A DNA stretch of 50,417 nt from a virus. Taxonomy: Duplodnaviria > Heunggongvirae > Uroviricota > Caudoviricetes. Positions 27,163 to 37,776 of this stretch are shown one piece after another. Within the stretch, counting starts at the first letter, position 1. Every line of letters starts with the position of its first letter. Under the pieces are notes generated by a model, which saw only the letters and a list, made by a program, of their open reading frames with translations, did no database searches and was not told the DNA's origin. A program made the position numbers and the translations under genes. The stretch lies in the IMG/VR virus record IMGVR_UViG_2700989535_000003; one strand, 5' to 3'.

Positions 27163-27357
27163 ATGTCAACGAAGAACAGAACCCGCAGAACAACAACCCG
27201 CAACATCCGCTTTCCTAACCAAATGATTGAACAAATTAACATCGCTCTTGATCAAAAAGGGTCCGGGAATTTCTCAGCCTGGGTCATTGAAGCCTGCCGC
27301 CGGAGACTAACGTCAGAAAAGAGAGCATATACATCAATCCAGAGTGATGATGGATGA
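27163..27357 (+). CDS. Small conserved phage ORF, possible ribbon-helix-helix DNA-binding protein
   Basis: 64 aa (NIRFPNQMIEQINIALDQKGSGNFSAWVIEACRRRL) resembling Arc/CopG-type RHH; in the lambda-like right-end segment near cos. Confidence 0.4.
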   Translation: MSTKNRTRRTTTRNIRFPNQMIEQINIALDQKGSGNFSAWVIEACRRRLTSEKRAYTSIQSDDG

Positions 27358-27607
27358 ACATCCCGGTTTCTTGACCTTCCCTCCCTCCCCGCACAGAACT
27401 GGCGAGCGTGAGGGACCAATATGTGAGCCATAAATGCCTTATCTTCAGAAATGTAGTTGGTATCCGAATAGAACGATATTGTAAATTCACCTAAATACGA
27501 GGCATTGCTGTAGTTGAATTGCAGTACTGTATTAGCCTGACAGTGACAGAATACGATATTGACTCTGTCACTTGTGAAATGGTCAGAATGGTTAGCAGTT
27601 ATGGTGA

Positions 27608-27814
27608 TCAGTCAACCACCAGGGAATAATCCTTCGTATTCTTATCGTGCTTTACTAACGCGGCCTCAATTGCCCTGAATGCTTCCAGAGATACTTGATG
27701 TTCTATACATGCAATTACAACATCCGGGTAACCCATCGAAATGGTGCTATTAAGCATAGTTTTTACACGAACCTGCTCCTGGGAGGGGGCATCAATGTAT
27801 TGATCTTTATGCAT
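27608..27814 (-). CDS. Hypothetical small protein
   Basis: 68 aa ORF in AT-rich moron region; no recognisable motifs. Confidence 0.3.
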   Translation of the reverse strand: MHKDQYIDAPSQEQVRVKTMLNSTISMGYPDVVIACIEHQVSLEAFRAIEAALVKHDKNTKDYSLVVD

Positions 27815-28109
27815 TTTGTCGCTCCATTCGTTTGCTCTTCACTTGCGGCTAAAAATATAACGTCAAATCACTCAGCATGAAAGAGTGAAAGTTTCAGCGC
27901 GTTTCCCTTACATAATCTGTCGTTTGTATTCTCTTCAGGCATACCGGAAAGACTAGGTATTGTCACACAACCAATACCATCGACAATCGAGATTTATATC
28001 TATTCGGTAATGTTTAAATATAACAAAACCCCGTAAAAACGAGGTTTATGGGTAATTTGTATTGTTGAATAGCATCTGATGAGAAATTGATGCTAATACT
28101 ATAAACATG

Positions 28110-28283
28110 CTAGATTAAATCAATCTTGATATCATAGCTTTCAAGACCAGTCATTTTTTCCCGTGCAGTAAACTGGATACTGGTAACTTCTTTCCCGGTC
28201 TTTTTCTTAAGCTCAATGATTTTTTTTGTTATATATTCAGAAATATCTGCTTCTGTTTTTGTTTTTAACTCTTCAATGTTCAT
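28110..28283 (-). CDS. gnsB: GnsA/GnsB-family protein
   Basis: Internal ATG gives MNIEELKTKTEADISEYITKKIIELKKKTGKEVTSIQFTAREKMTGLESYDIKIDLI (57 aa); AGAGGA SD upstream. Confidence 0.6.
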   Translation of the reverse strand: MNIEELKTKTEADISEYITKKIIELKKKTGKEVTSIQFTAREKMTGLESYDIKIDLI

Positions 28284-28455
28284 CATTTCCTCTTTTAGTC
28301 TGTTATGACTGTCCTGGTACACAGTAGTGTCAATTATATGGAGCAAACGTATAAAAGATAAGATGAAACATCGCAATAATCAACATACGACGGTCTAAAT
28401 TTCACACAAACAGATAAAGATGATTATCATTTATTATCAATGCATTAGAATCAAA

Positions 28456-28686
28456 TCAATTCAAGAGTCTCATTGCTGCTTCCAGAATTTCTTCTGAAGT
28501 TACATGTCGATCCGCTGCTACATAAATGACTTTATGATCTCCGGTCAGAGATGGAAACCCTGCAGCCATTACAGTGAGGTGTGTTGTTTCGCCATTTGGA
28601 TATTCACGCATGATGGTGTTAACTCCGGTCATCACTGGCACTACCATTGCTGGTTCAGAGTTAAAAAAAACTATTATTTTTTTCAT
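28456..28686 (-). CDS. Small cold-shock-cluster protein (YmcE/YnfN-like by position)
   Basis: 76 aa from internal ATG (MKKIIVFF...); lies between csp and gnsB genes as in chromosomal cold-shock clusters. Identity uncertain. Confidence 0.35.
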   Translation of the reverse strand: MKKIIVFFNSEPAMVVPVMTGVNTIMREYPNGETTHLTVMAAGFPSLTGDHKVIYVAADRHVTSEEILEAAMRLLN

Positions 28687-28957
28687 AATGTTACCGTAAT
28701 ATGTGAGTATCCATCGACTAGACACTAAGCAAAAAAGCTCCCGAAGGAGCCTTCATTTTCACTTTCTTAAATCTAACGACAGATGGCTAACATTTAAGTA
28801 TTGTGAAATATTATCAAATGTAATCATCATTGATTTACAAAAGATACATTTTGCCCCGAAAGGATTTCTGTCAGAAACATCAAAAGATGATGTTCTATAC
28901 TGAGAACCATGGCAACACGGGCATCTAAAGTGAATATGGTTTGTAATATTTTCTACC

Positions 28958-29173
28958 TCAAAGTGCCACTACATGAACAGCTGCAGGGCCTTTAGGTCCG
29001 TTCTCAATACCAAATTCGACTTCCTGATTCTCAGTTAACGTTTTGAAATCGTTGCTCTGAATAGCTGAGAAATGCACAAACACATCTTTGCTACCATCTT
29101 TCGGCGTGATGAAACCAAAACCTTTTTCAGGGTTAAACCATTTCACTAAACCAGTCATTTTGTTAGACATCAT
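28958..29173 (-). CDS. cspI: Cold shock protein (CspA family)
   Basis: [38 protein letters not shown] - RNP1/RNP2 cold-shock domain motifs; 70-71 aa. Confidence 0.85.
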   Translation of the reverse strand: MMSNKMTGLVKWFNPEKGFGFITPKDGSKDVFVHFSAIQSNDFKTLTENQEVEFGIENGPKGPAAVHVVAL

Positions 29174-29533
29174 TATTACCTTTTGAAGAAGTTAGCCCTT
29201 GGGCAGAATGGTCCGAAAAAAAATATCAGAGAGAAAAACCAACAAGGAAATCTCAAGAGGTACAAATAATAAAATTATAACAATGACTGCTTCAGATAAT
29301 TTTGTAACAAACCAGAACACCATTAACGCATGATTAACCAACCATAGCAAGGATTACTTTTGTAAAGAAAAACACACGAATGAAACAATAGCTTTATTTA
29401 TTAATAAAACGTGTCATTCTGTCTAATGACCTTTTATCTTACCCTTAAGATTTCAAGGATTTTGACTCATGGAAGAGTCCTTTTTATTTAAATTTCACAT
29501 TCAGCGCTAAAAATAATCCGATTTAATATTAAT

Positions 29534-30557
<1,024 letters not shown>

Positions 30558-30561
<4 letters not shown>

Positions 30562-30869
30562 AGATATTTATGATGAGGACGCTCGTGCTTATTGGCAGGA
30601 TTTTCAATCTTAAAGGAGTACTGATGCTGCAGATAAGACTCAACTTTTTCTGACAATTTTTCTGCTACTTCCAGGAAGACTTGCCGGACGCTCATTCTGG
30701 CTGCTGCCTCATAAAACTCCAGCGCAGCTCCTTCAACACGGTCCATGGCGACATCCAGGCCAAAAATTTCACCGTCAAAGCGTTCTTTGTCCTGTAAGGC
30801 TACAGTTACCGTAACTTTATTCTCAAAATTACGGACTCCTTTCACAACCAGTTCATAGTCTTGAGTCAT
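30558..30869 (-). CDS. ydfR: YdfR-like protein of unknown function between holin and endolysin
   Basis: 103 aa ORF translationally coupled to R; recalled as Qin ydfR by position. Confidence 0.45.
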
Positions 30870-30873
30870 TGGA

Positions 30874-31089
30874 TTACTCTCCTCTCGCAGCCTTACGCCT
30901 GTCTTCTTTAATCTTGAAATAAAGATTTGTCAGATACGTCAGCATGCCAAATACCAGACTACCCAATACACCTATTGCCGCCCACTGTGAGGGCGTGACT
31001 TTATCGAGCAACTGTAAAAACCAGTAGCCAGCACTGCCTGCAGAGGTGCTGTAGGCGATGCCCGTTGTTAACTTATCCATGGATTTCAT
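30874..31089 (-). CDS. Pinholin (phage 21 S-type) with dual-start motif MKSM
   Basis: 71 aa [71 protein letters not shown]; near-identical to recalled S21; strong GGAGGTGAGG SD. Confidence 0.85.
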   Translation of the reverse strand: MKSMDKLTTGIAYSTSAGSAGYWFLQLLDKVTPSQWAAIGVLGSLVFGMLTYLTNLYFKIKEDRRKAARGE

Positions 31090-31279
31090 AGCCTCACCTC
31101 CGCAGATAACGGATGGTGTACACGGTTTGGTTCGAAGAAGGAAAGAAGTTACATTAGCGTAAGGCCCGAACATCTATTCAAAAAGAAAAACGCCAGCAAT
31201 TATTCTGGCGTAGCTAAAAATATCGTATAATCTTACACTTCAAAAAATAACTTTATAAAATGCCATCACATCATATCTT

Positions 31280-31993
31280 CTAAGAAAATCTTGATAAATA
31301 TTGGTGCGGAGGCACACCAAAATATCCTCTAAAAACACTTACAAAATATGATGCATTGTCATACCCGCATATTCCCGCCACCTTGCCGACAGTATGGTTA
31401 CTGTAGATCAATAATCTTTGCGCCATCATCATTCGTTCTTCAAGAATTAATTTACTAAACGATAATCCTTCGTCTTTTAATTTTCTTTTTAACAAACTCT
31501 CGCTCATATATAATCTTGAAGATATATCACAAAGTCTCCATGACGCTGAGATATCCGAGTGAATAATAGCCTTAACTTTACAACCTAAGCTATTAAGACT
31601 TCCGAACAAAAAACTTTGCACCATTTTCTCTGAAGATAAGACAGCAAGACATGCAAGTGATATTTGATTTCTAACTACATCCACGGTTTTGCTATCACAA
31701 TTCAAGCATGCAACCAAGTTCTTTAACAATGAAAAATCTTCACATTCTACTATCAAGTATGACGGATAAAACCTTCTTACAGAAAAAGGTGAGAGTGTGT
31801 AGTTTTTAAAGAAATCATTAACTGTTTTCTCCTCAACATCTACGATCATTAGATGATCTGTATTTGACGAAAAAAGATCTTTTAAATTGTATTCAATGAG
31901 GACAGCATTTCCTTTTTTAAACAAAATATCTTCTTTACCAATTCGGACACCAAACGAGTTCAACACCAAAATGATAGAACATATGTATGGCAT
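31280..31993 (-). CDS. AraC/XylS-family transcriptional regulator (moron)
   Basis: C-terminal AraC-type HTH (..LSFSKLILEERMMMAQRLL.., GICGYDNASYFVSVFRGYFGVPPHQY); ATG at 31993 preceded by AGGTGG; AT-rich. Confidence 0.8.
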   Translation of the reverse strand: MPYICSIILVLNSFGVRIGKEDILFKKGNAVLIEYNLKDLFSSNTDHLMIVDVEEKTVNDFFKNYTLSPFSVRRFYPSYLIVECEDFSLLKNLVACLNCDSKTVDVVRNQISLACLAVLSSEKMVQSFLFGSLNSLGCKVKAIIHSDISASWRLCDISSRLYMSESLLKRKLKDEGLSFSKLILEERMMMAQRLLIYSNHTVGKVAGICGYDNASYFVSVFRGYFGVPPHQYLSRFS

Positions 31994-32399
31994 ATTATCC
32001 ACCTGATATCATTGGGGTTACACCAGGTAAGTATAGGTGGAAAATCAATATTCGCCAGTTCAACAATAAGGAAAATCTCATTGCATCACAACTATAAAAC
32101 CATGTGTTTAACTCACAAAAAACAAATCATTAAACTAATCTGTTATATTATAATAGCTGCGTGCAATAATAATATTATATGCTCTTAATATTCACTTGAA
32201 ATATCTTCATATAAAAACAGATTGAATAAAATCTTTTGGGGCTGGTATGTTTACCAACATTAAATTGCATCTCAATGTTTTCTTTAGCGTGAACAGGATT
32301 TTTATAAAAACTGACACTATGAGCATCATAGCGTAGTTTTTACGATTGTAAATATCCTGCATACAGGAACTCATCACTTTCAGATGATATCGCATACAG

Positions 32400-33359
32400 T
32401 TAATTCACCATCAGTCTTAGAGCCAGTTCTTCCGGATAGGGATCGAAGTAATTCTGTGTAAGCAAGTAATCATTAGGATACTCACCCAGATAATGCTTCA
32501 GCAGAGTCAACGGCGCAAGAAGAGGCAATGTGCCAAAGCGATAGTTAAGTATAACCTCGCTCAACTCTTTACGCTGGCGTGTACTTAAGTAATTACTAAA
32601 ATACCCCTGTATATGCATCAGCACATTCGTGTGATTTTTACGTGATGCTGGTTTTCTGAGAATCGCCATCAGATTATCACGATACACCTCAAAGTATGAT
32701 TCAAGGTCCGCCCACTCGTGTATTGCAGCCACAAATGGTCCCATATCTTTATAGCCTGCCTGGCTATGCGCCAACAACTGAAGCTTATAACGACTATGAA
32801 AAGCTAATAACTCTCTTCTTGATAATTTCTCCTTGTAAAGGTGATTGAGCTCATGCAAAGCAAAAACTCTTTCAATAAAATTCTCACGAAGCACTGGATC
32901 ATGTAATCGCCCATCCTCTTCAACCGGTAGCCAGGAAAACTTTTCCATCAAAGTGCTCGTAAATAGTCCCACTCCATCTTTACGACCTCGATTACCATTT
33001 TCATCATAGACACGCACGCGCTCCATGCCACAGCTGGGAGATTTAGCACAAACCACAAACCCCGATACATCCTTTAATTTGTCCATATAAGAACGACTAA
33101 ACTCTGTCATTCTCTCTGTCACATCCTCATTCTGGTCGTGGCTGAAACACATCCGTATATTTCCTTGCTTCGAGCGCACAAGTCGTAGAGCAGGACGCGG
33201 AACTGGCAGCCCTATAGCCATTTCCGGACATACTGGTCTGAATGTTACCCATTCCACTAATTTGTCCATTAAAAAGTCATCTCTTTTGTGACCACCATCA
33301 AAACGAACAGCAGAACCACCCAAACAACCGCTGATCCCAATCACAGGTTTTTTTATCAT
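32400..33359 (-). CDS. DUF523 (TudS-like Fe-S thiouracil desulfidase fold) - DUF1722 fusion protein (YbgA-like C-terminus)
   Basis: 319 aa; Cys12, Cys44, Cys104 in motifs GISGCLGG / RPVCPE / VVCAKSPSCG match the 3-Cys cluster ligands recalled for DUF523; strong GGGGGAGGA SD. Confidence 0.65.
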   Translation of the reverse strand: MIKKPVIGISGCLGGSAVRFDGGHKRDDFLMDKLVEWVTFRPVCPEMAIGLPVPRPALRLVRSKQGNIRMCFSHDQNEDVTERMTEFSRSYMDKLKDVSGFVVCAKSPSCGMERVRVYDENGNRGRKDGVGLFTSTLMEKFSWLPVEEDGRLHDPVLRENFIERVFALHELNHLYKEKLSRRELLAFHSRYKLQLLAHSQAGYKDMGPFVAAIHEWADLESYFEVYRDNLMAILRKPASRKNHTNVLMHIQGYFSNYLSTRQRKELSEVILNYRFGTLPLLAPLTLLKHYLGEYPNDYLLTQNYFDPYPEELALRLMVN

Positions 33360-33551
33360 TTCCTCCCCCTTGACTAATTCATTAACACATAAACTTTGTA
33401 GTGCACGGACTAAATTGCCTTTCTGGCTTCATCACTGACAATTTTTCTGTTATTGACTATTCCTAATATAGTAGGAAAGTTCTTTAAGTGATCGGTCGTA
33501 CTCATCTATCTTTCATACTTACTCTCAACTATCAAAAGTACAGGATTTATT

Positions 33552-34076
33552 ATGAAGTTATGGCCTGTGTTGACTGGCATTGCACTCTCTTTCACTCTTA
33601 TAGCATGTAAGGCCCCGACACCACCTAAAGGTGTGCAGCCGATTACAAATTTTGACGCCAACCGCTACCTCGGAAAATGGTATGAAATAGCTCGCCTCGA
33701 GAACTGGTTCGAACGTGGTCTGGAACAGGTCAGCGCTACTTATGAAAAACGGAACGACGGAGGGATTCGCGTACTTAACCGTGGATACGATCCAACGAAA
33801 AACAAATGGAGCGAGAGCGAAGGTAAAGCATACTTTACTGGAGATACTAAAACTGCAGCGTTGAAAGTTTCGTTTTTTGGCCCCTTCTATGGTGGCTATA
33901 ATGTAATCAAACTGGATGATGAGTATAAGTATGCTCTTGTCAGTGGTCCGAACAGAGAATACCTATGGATTCTGGCAAGGACCCAAACTATTCCAGATAA
34001 TGTAAAAGCAGACTATGTGCGTACCGCTCAAAAGTTGGGATTCAATGTCAATGAACTATTATGGGTTAAACAATAA
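33552..34076 (+). CDS. Bacterial lipocalin (Blc-like outer membrane lipoprotein)
   Basis: 174 aa; lipoprotein signal with LIAC lipobox; NFDANRYLGKWYEIARL lipocalin motif; ..FFGPFYGGYNVI.. very similar to E. coli Blc. Confidence 0.85.
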   Translation: MKLWPVLTGIALSFTLIACKAPTPPKGVQPITNFDANRYLGKWYEIARLENWFERGLEQVSATYEKRNDGGIRVLNRGYDPTKNKWSESEGKAYFTGDTKTAALKVSFFGPFYGGYNVIKLDDEYKYALVSGPNREYLWILARTQTIPDNVKADYVRTAQKLGFNVNELLWVKQ

Positions 34077-34102
34077 AATCCCCACCCGAAATGATACTTA
34101 TT

Positions 34103-34131
34103 AGAAAAAAACCAGCCTTTGGGGAGGCTGG
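34103..34131 (-). terminator. Rho-independent terminator about 100 nt downstream of Q (candidate tR'-like late terminator)
   Basis: CCAGCC-N8-GGCTGG hairpin followed by an 8-nt T-run on the minus strand. Confidence 0.45.
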
Positions 34132-34231
34132 CTAAATCAGGAAACAAGCTGTTATATGATAATAACTACGTTGCGATTCCAACATTTAAAATGTTAGACT
34201 AATGAAAATCAGACAGCAACTTTTCCTTTAA

Positions 34232-34609
34232 TTATTTCGAACAATCAGCATCCATCTCCAATCGGAGATCCAACACCATCAGCATGCCCTCCACTACGCC
34301 CTCAGCTTTCTGGAGCATCCTGCCAACCCAACAATCAGATCGCCCATGCTTACGTGCAAGCGCCATAAAAGTCATGCCGCCGACATAATAGTCCACCAAT
34401 AAATCATGTAAATCGCTGTTGTTTTTTTTCAGGCGAGCCATACATTCACAAATGATCATCGCGTCATCGTCACAGCATTGCGGACGAGATCTTACTTTTG
34501 AAGGAATTAATCCCTTAAAACCGGCGGCAATGGACGACCAGGTCACATCTTCATGATTATTAGCCGCCCATGCCCCCCAACGCTCAAGAACCATCTGAAT
34601 ATCACGCAT
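34232..34609 (-). CDS. Late-gene antiterminator Q (phage 21/82-type Q family)
   Basis: About 125 aa from first ATG (track ORF starts at TTG 34624); Cys-rich zinc-binding-like region [12 protein letters not shown]; position immediately upstream of the late/lysis region. Confidence 0.65.
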   Translation of the reverse strand: MRDIQMVLERWGAWAANNHEDVTWSSIAAGFKGLIPSKVRSRPQCCDDDAMIICECMARLKKNNSDLHDLLVDYYVGGMTFMALARKHGRSDCWVGRMLQKAEGVVEGMLMVLDLRLEMDADCSK

Positions 34610-34626
34610 CAACTTACTCCACAAAA

Positions 34627-35676
34627 TTAGGCCAGCACACCAATTGCCAGCGCGCGATCGATAAATCGAAAAATCAGCTCCAGTTGGGAGCCATACTTCT
34701 CTTCAAATGCCACGGTATCCGTATGCAACTCGTCGTGATGCTTTCTGCACAAAGGCAAAACAAAGAGATCATGTGCTTTGGTTCCCATTCCGCCCTGCCC
34801 GTGACCAATCAGATGATGCGGATCGTCGGCTGGCATACCGCAGCAAGCACACGGCTGTGTCTTAACCCAGCGTGTGTATTTCTCCTTAACCCACCGGTGA
34901 CGTTTAGGCAGCTTCATGAAAGATTCCGGAGACTCTGGATCAACGGTGATGCTTACCACCGTCTTTTCCTGTGATGGGTTTTGTTGCTGGTGGGCGTGAG
35001 GCAACGGTGCAAGATTTTTTGTGCGCTGTTTCAATATGCTGGTGGCGGTCTGCTCTCCCGGTACGATGTCGCTTTCGCGGTACACCGAGCAGATTTTTTC
35101 CGCTGGTAATCCCAGCGAGCGACGTAATACCGCTTCCGGTAGCGCGTCCGCCAGCTGATTGCGGACCGCCCACCAGGATAATTCAGCCAGAGATAATTCA
35201 CGCTCCTGCGTACCGCTTATTGCGTGACCGATGACGTCAATCATCCATGCTGACAGGTTTTGATGAGCAAGTTGCTCGAGTGATTCGGATGTCTGGTCAC
35301 GCAGCTGGTTGTCGCAGTGCCAGCACAACACCATTGCGCCGGTACCATATCGGTGAATAACGGTTTCGCTGTGATGATAATCGCCGTGTGGCCACTGGCA
35401 GGATTTAATATGGCGCAACAGCCAGTCAGACAATGCACCAGCACCACCAGCAGCACGAATTACCCGTGCGTTACTGAAAAACGGCAGCAATGTTTTGTCT
35501 TCCACCAGCGGCTGGCGAACGGCAGGAACGACCCCGGACGGCAGATTACGCATGCTTTTCGGTTCCGGCTCCACCAGTACCCGGGTATTGTGGAATACCG
35601 GCATGGATTCACGGCCCGGCTTAACGACCACCAGCCCGAGTTCCGGTACCAGAACAGGTCGAAGTAATACCCGCAC
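34627..35676 (-). CDS. ydfU: DUF968-family protein YdfU (HNH-like Cys/His motif)
   Basis: 349 aa; C-terminal [21 protein letters not shown]...[10 protein letters not shown]; GGAGGT SD before GTG start. Confidence 0.65.
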   Translation of the reverse strand: MRVLLRPVLVPELGLVVVKPGRESMPVFHNTRVLVEPEPKSMRNLPSGVVPAVRQPLVEDKTLLPFFSNARVIRAAGGAGALSDWLLRHIKSCQWPHGDYHHSETVIHRYGTGAMVLCWHCDNQLRDQTSESLEQLAHQNLSAWMIDVIGHAISGTQERELSLAELSWWAVRNQLADALPEAVLRRSLGLPAEKICSVYRESDIVPGEQTATSILKQRTKNLAPLPHAHQQQNPSQEKTVVSITVDPESPESFMKLPKRHRWVKEKYTRWVKTQPCACCGMPADDPHHLIGHGQGGMGTKAHDLFVLPLCRKHHDELHTDTVAFEEKYGSQLELIFRFIDRALAIGVLA

Positions 35677-35677
35677 G

Positions 35678-35956
35678 TTACCTCCAGAGGCGTTGCTGGA
35701 ATGTACGGGACGGACGCGGTGGGCGTTCGGAGTAAGGCAATCTGACTGAGATTATCCAGTGACGGTAGTCGAGGCTAAGGGCTTTTTTAACCTCGTATCC
35801 GCGCCTGCGGTAACACTGAATTATCCATTCAGCCTGCTCTTCAGTGCATGGAGGGTGTTGGAACCATTCAGACTTGAATGCGTGAGAATACCGCTCGTGC
35901 GTGCAGACAAGAACGGGCGAATTATCAGAATTGTAATATTTTACGTTGCGTGCCAT
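35678..35956 (-). CDS. Hypothetical phage protein (92 aa)
   Basis: ATG with GGAGAAAA SD; stop abuts ydfU start. Confidence 0.4.
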   Translation of the reverse strand: MARNVKYYNSDNSPVLVCTHERYSHAFKSEWFQHPPCTEEQAEWIIQCYRRRGYEVKKALSLDYRHWIISVRLPYSERPPRPSRTFQQRLWR

Positions 35957-36022
35957 CGGTTTTCTCCGGTGGCACGGTGTTACTCAGCGGGAGTTCAGCC
36001 CCGCGCAAGATTGTAGATGAGT

Positions 36023-36274
36023 TTATTCTTCTGCAAAAGCTGAAAAGCCTGCTTTTATTCCGATCTCTTTCAGTGCCTGTAATGAAGTGACAAACTCACC
36101 TTCGCGCAAGATAAATCCGTCTGTCACTCGACCATCCACAAAATTAATTAACGCAGCCCCATTCTTTCGCAAACACATAATGCGGTAATGACTAACAAGA
36201 TTTCCATTTTCAACGCACACAGCATAGAGGCCATCTTCACAAAAAATTTTACGCAGTTCTTCGATGTTCATCAT
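36023..36274 (-). CDS. Hypothetical protein (83 aa; Rem-like by position next to hokD)
   Basis: ORF with GGAAG SD; occupies the position of rem in recalled K-12 Qin order. Confidence 0.35.
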   Translation of the reverse strand: MMNIEELRKIFCEDGLYAVCVENGNLVSHYRIMCLRKNGAALINFVDGRVTDGFILREGEFVTSLQALKEIGIKAGFSAFAEE

Positions 36275-36390
36275 CAGAATTCTTCCGGATAATTAGCTCT
36301 CCCCTTTAAGGGACCATCCCTCTTATCCCTGCGCGCTACTTAAGTATTTTTGATTCTATTCCGGCACCGTCCAGAACTTCAAACGCGTTG

Positions 36391-36422
36391 AAAATAAAAA
36401 CAAAAACCCGCCGAAGCGGGTT
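36391..36422 (-). terminator. Rho-independent terminator downstream of hokD
   Basis: CCCGC-CGAA-GCGGG hairpin followed by T-rich run on minus strand. Confidence 0.5.
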
Positions 36423-36490
36423 AAGTGCGGGTGCGTTGAGGATGCCTGCCACATCAGAGGTGGCGAGGGATTTCTCCCTCGCCGGGTCTC

Positions 36491-36646
36491 TTACTCCTCA
36501 GGTTCGTAAGCTGTGAAGACAGCGACCTCCGTCTGGCCGGTTCGGATTCGTACCTCGCAGAGGTCTTTCCTCGTTACCAGTGCCGTCACTATGACGGTTA
36601 AACAGATGACGATCAGGGCGATTAACATCGCCTTTTGCTGCTTCAT
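36491..36646 (-). CDS. hokD: Hok-family type I toxin HokD (RelF)
   Basis: Hand-translated 51 aa: MKQQKAMLIALIVICLTVIVTALVTRKDLCEVRIRTGQTEVAVFTAYEPEE; not in ORF track (below size cutoff). Confidence 0.85.
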   Translation of the reverse strand: MKQQKAMLIALIVICLTVIVTALVTRKDLCEVRIRTGQTEVAVFTAYEPEE

Positions 36647-36717
36647 AGCCTGCTTCTCCTGTCAACGCAAAGCAGAAGTGTCACCTTCGGTGCGAAACAG
36701 AGATGTCATGCTTTGGT

Positions 36718-37005
36718 TCAGAGAATGCGTTTGACCGCCTCGCTATATACTTCCGAGCGTTCTCTTTTCCCAACAGAAATCACGAAAACGACAACTTTCT
36801 CGTCTATAACCTGGTATACAAGGCGATAGCCTGAAGACCGGAGCTTAATCTTGTAACAATCAGGCATACCACGGAGCTTGTTTGCTTCAATCCGGGGTGA
36901 CTCAAGTACTTCAACCAGCTTCTTTTTCAACTGTTCACGTACCGTCGAGCCCAGCTTTCGCCATTCCTTTAGTGCCCGCTCGTCAAAATCCAGAAAATAC
37001 GCCAT
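36718..37005 (-). CDS. relE: Type II toxin RelE (mRNA interferase)
   Basis: 95 aa MAYFLDFDERALKEWRKLGSTVREQLKKKL...; start overlaps relB stop. Confidence 0.9.
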   Translation of the reverse strand: MAYFLDFDERALKEWRKLGSTVREQLKKKLVEVLESPRIEANKLRGMPDCYKIKLRSSGYRLVYQVIDEKVVVFVISVGKRERSEVYSEAVKRIL

Positions 37006-37244
37006 CAGAGTTCATCCAGCGTCACACGTACTGGCTTAGGATTACGAAGCCGTTCTTTCACTATCTCCACAAGTTCAGCATCTTCATCACTCAGGAGTGT
37101 CTGTTTGAACGGCAAGCGTTCATTGTCAGCGATATACTCGAGCATGAGACGAAGCGCTTCAGAAGGAGTTACACCCATTTTTTCAAGCGCGGCGTAAGAA
37201 CGCGCTTTAAGTTCATCGTCAATACGCAGGTTAATGCTACCCAT
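37005..37244 (-). CDS. relB: Type II antitoxin RelB
   Basis: 79 aa MGSINLRIDDELKARSYAALEKMGVTPSEALRLMLEYIADNERLPF... Confidence 0.9.
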   Translation of the reverse strand: MGSINLRIDDELKARSYAALEKMGVTPSEALRLMLEYIADNERLPFKQTLLSDEDAELVEIVKERLRNPKPVRVTLDEL

Positions 37245-37255
37245 GTCTTACACCT

Positions 37256-37281
37256 CTTGTAATTACAAATGTCATTACAAG
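37256..37281. promoter_or_regulatory. relBE operator/promoter palindrome (relO-like)
   Basis: CTTGTAAT-N10-ATTACAAG inverted repeat immediately upstream of relB start. Confidence 0.5.
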
Positions 37282-37574
37282 TATCGCACTACAACATGCT
37301 TAGGGCAAGTCACGAAGGAAGTCAGAAAGTAGTCGTAAGAACGGTGATCACTGTCCGCTTTGTGCCAGGAGCAGCCATTGCTAAGTCCATCCTGTATTGT
37401 GCAGGTCAGCTCATTTTTAAAGAGTCCGGCCATCATCTTACTGGTACAGACACCATATACTTTGTGACGGTCAGGCTACATATGCACAACTCAACTTATT
37501 CATCTATTTTTTGCTTTAGCATGTCAGTGTTGCTTTCTCGTCGGCGGGTGAGCGGTGACCTGACCTGTCGATAA
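37269..37574 (+). CDS. Hypothetical ORF (101 aa; YdfV-like by position)
   Basis: ORF between relB and flxA; overlaps relO; coding status doubtful. Confidence 0.25.
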   Translation: MSLQVSHYNMLRASHEGSQKVVVRTVITVRFVPGAAIAKSILYCAGQLIFKESGHHLTGTDTIYFVTVRLHMHNSTYSSIFCFSMSVLLSRRRVSGDLTCR

Positions 37575-37726
37575 AGGAACGTAGCACGTTTTATGCAACA
37601 CCCGCATGCGGCAGAAAATTATTGCCGAACGTTTACCCCTGTCAACAAGCTTTACTTTCTGAGGCGCGCCAGCCCGCTAGGAAAACAATCTGAACATCAA
37701 ACAATTAATGACACAAGAAATACGAT

Positions 37727-37753
37727 TAAAGATTTTTTTGTGCATGCCGATAG
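37727..37753 (+). promoter_or_regulatory. Sigma-28 (FliA) promoter of flxA
   Basis: TAAA-N15-GCCGATAG matches the FliA consensus TAAA-N15-GCCGATAA; 24 nt upstream of flxA ATG. Confidence 0.6.
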
Positions 37754-37776
37754 TGCTTTTTTAAAAGGAGAAATCT

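Noticed and set aside
36459-36480. GGCGAGGGA-TTTC-TCCCTCGCC hairpin immediately 3' of hokD, considered as the hokD terminator
   Set aside because: No T-run follows it on the coding strand; the hairpin plus T-run at 36391..36422 is the better terminator. This one is more likely part of the hok mRNA fold.
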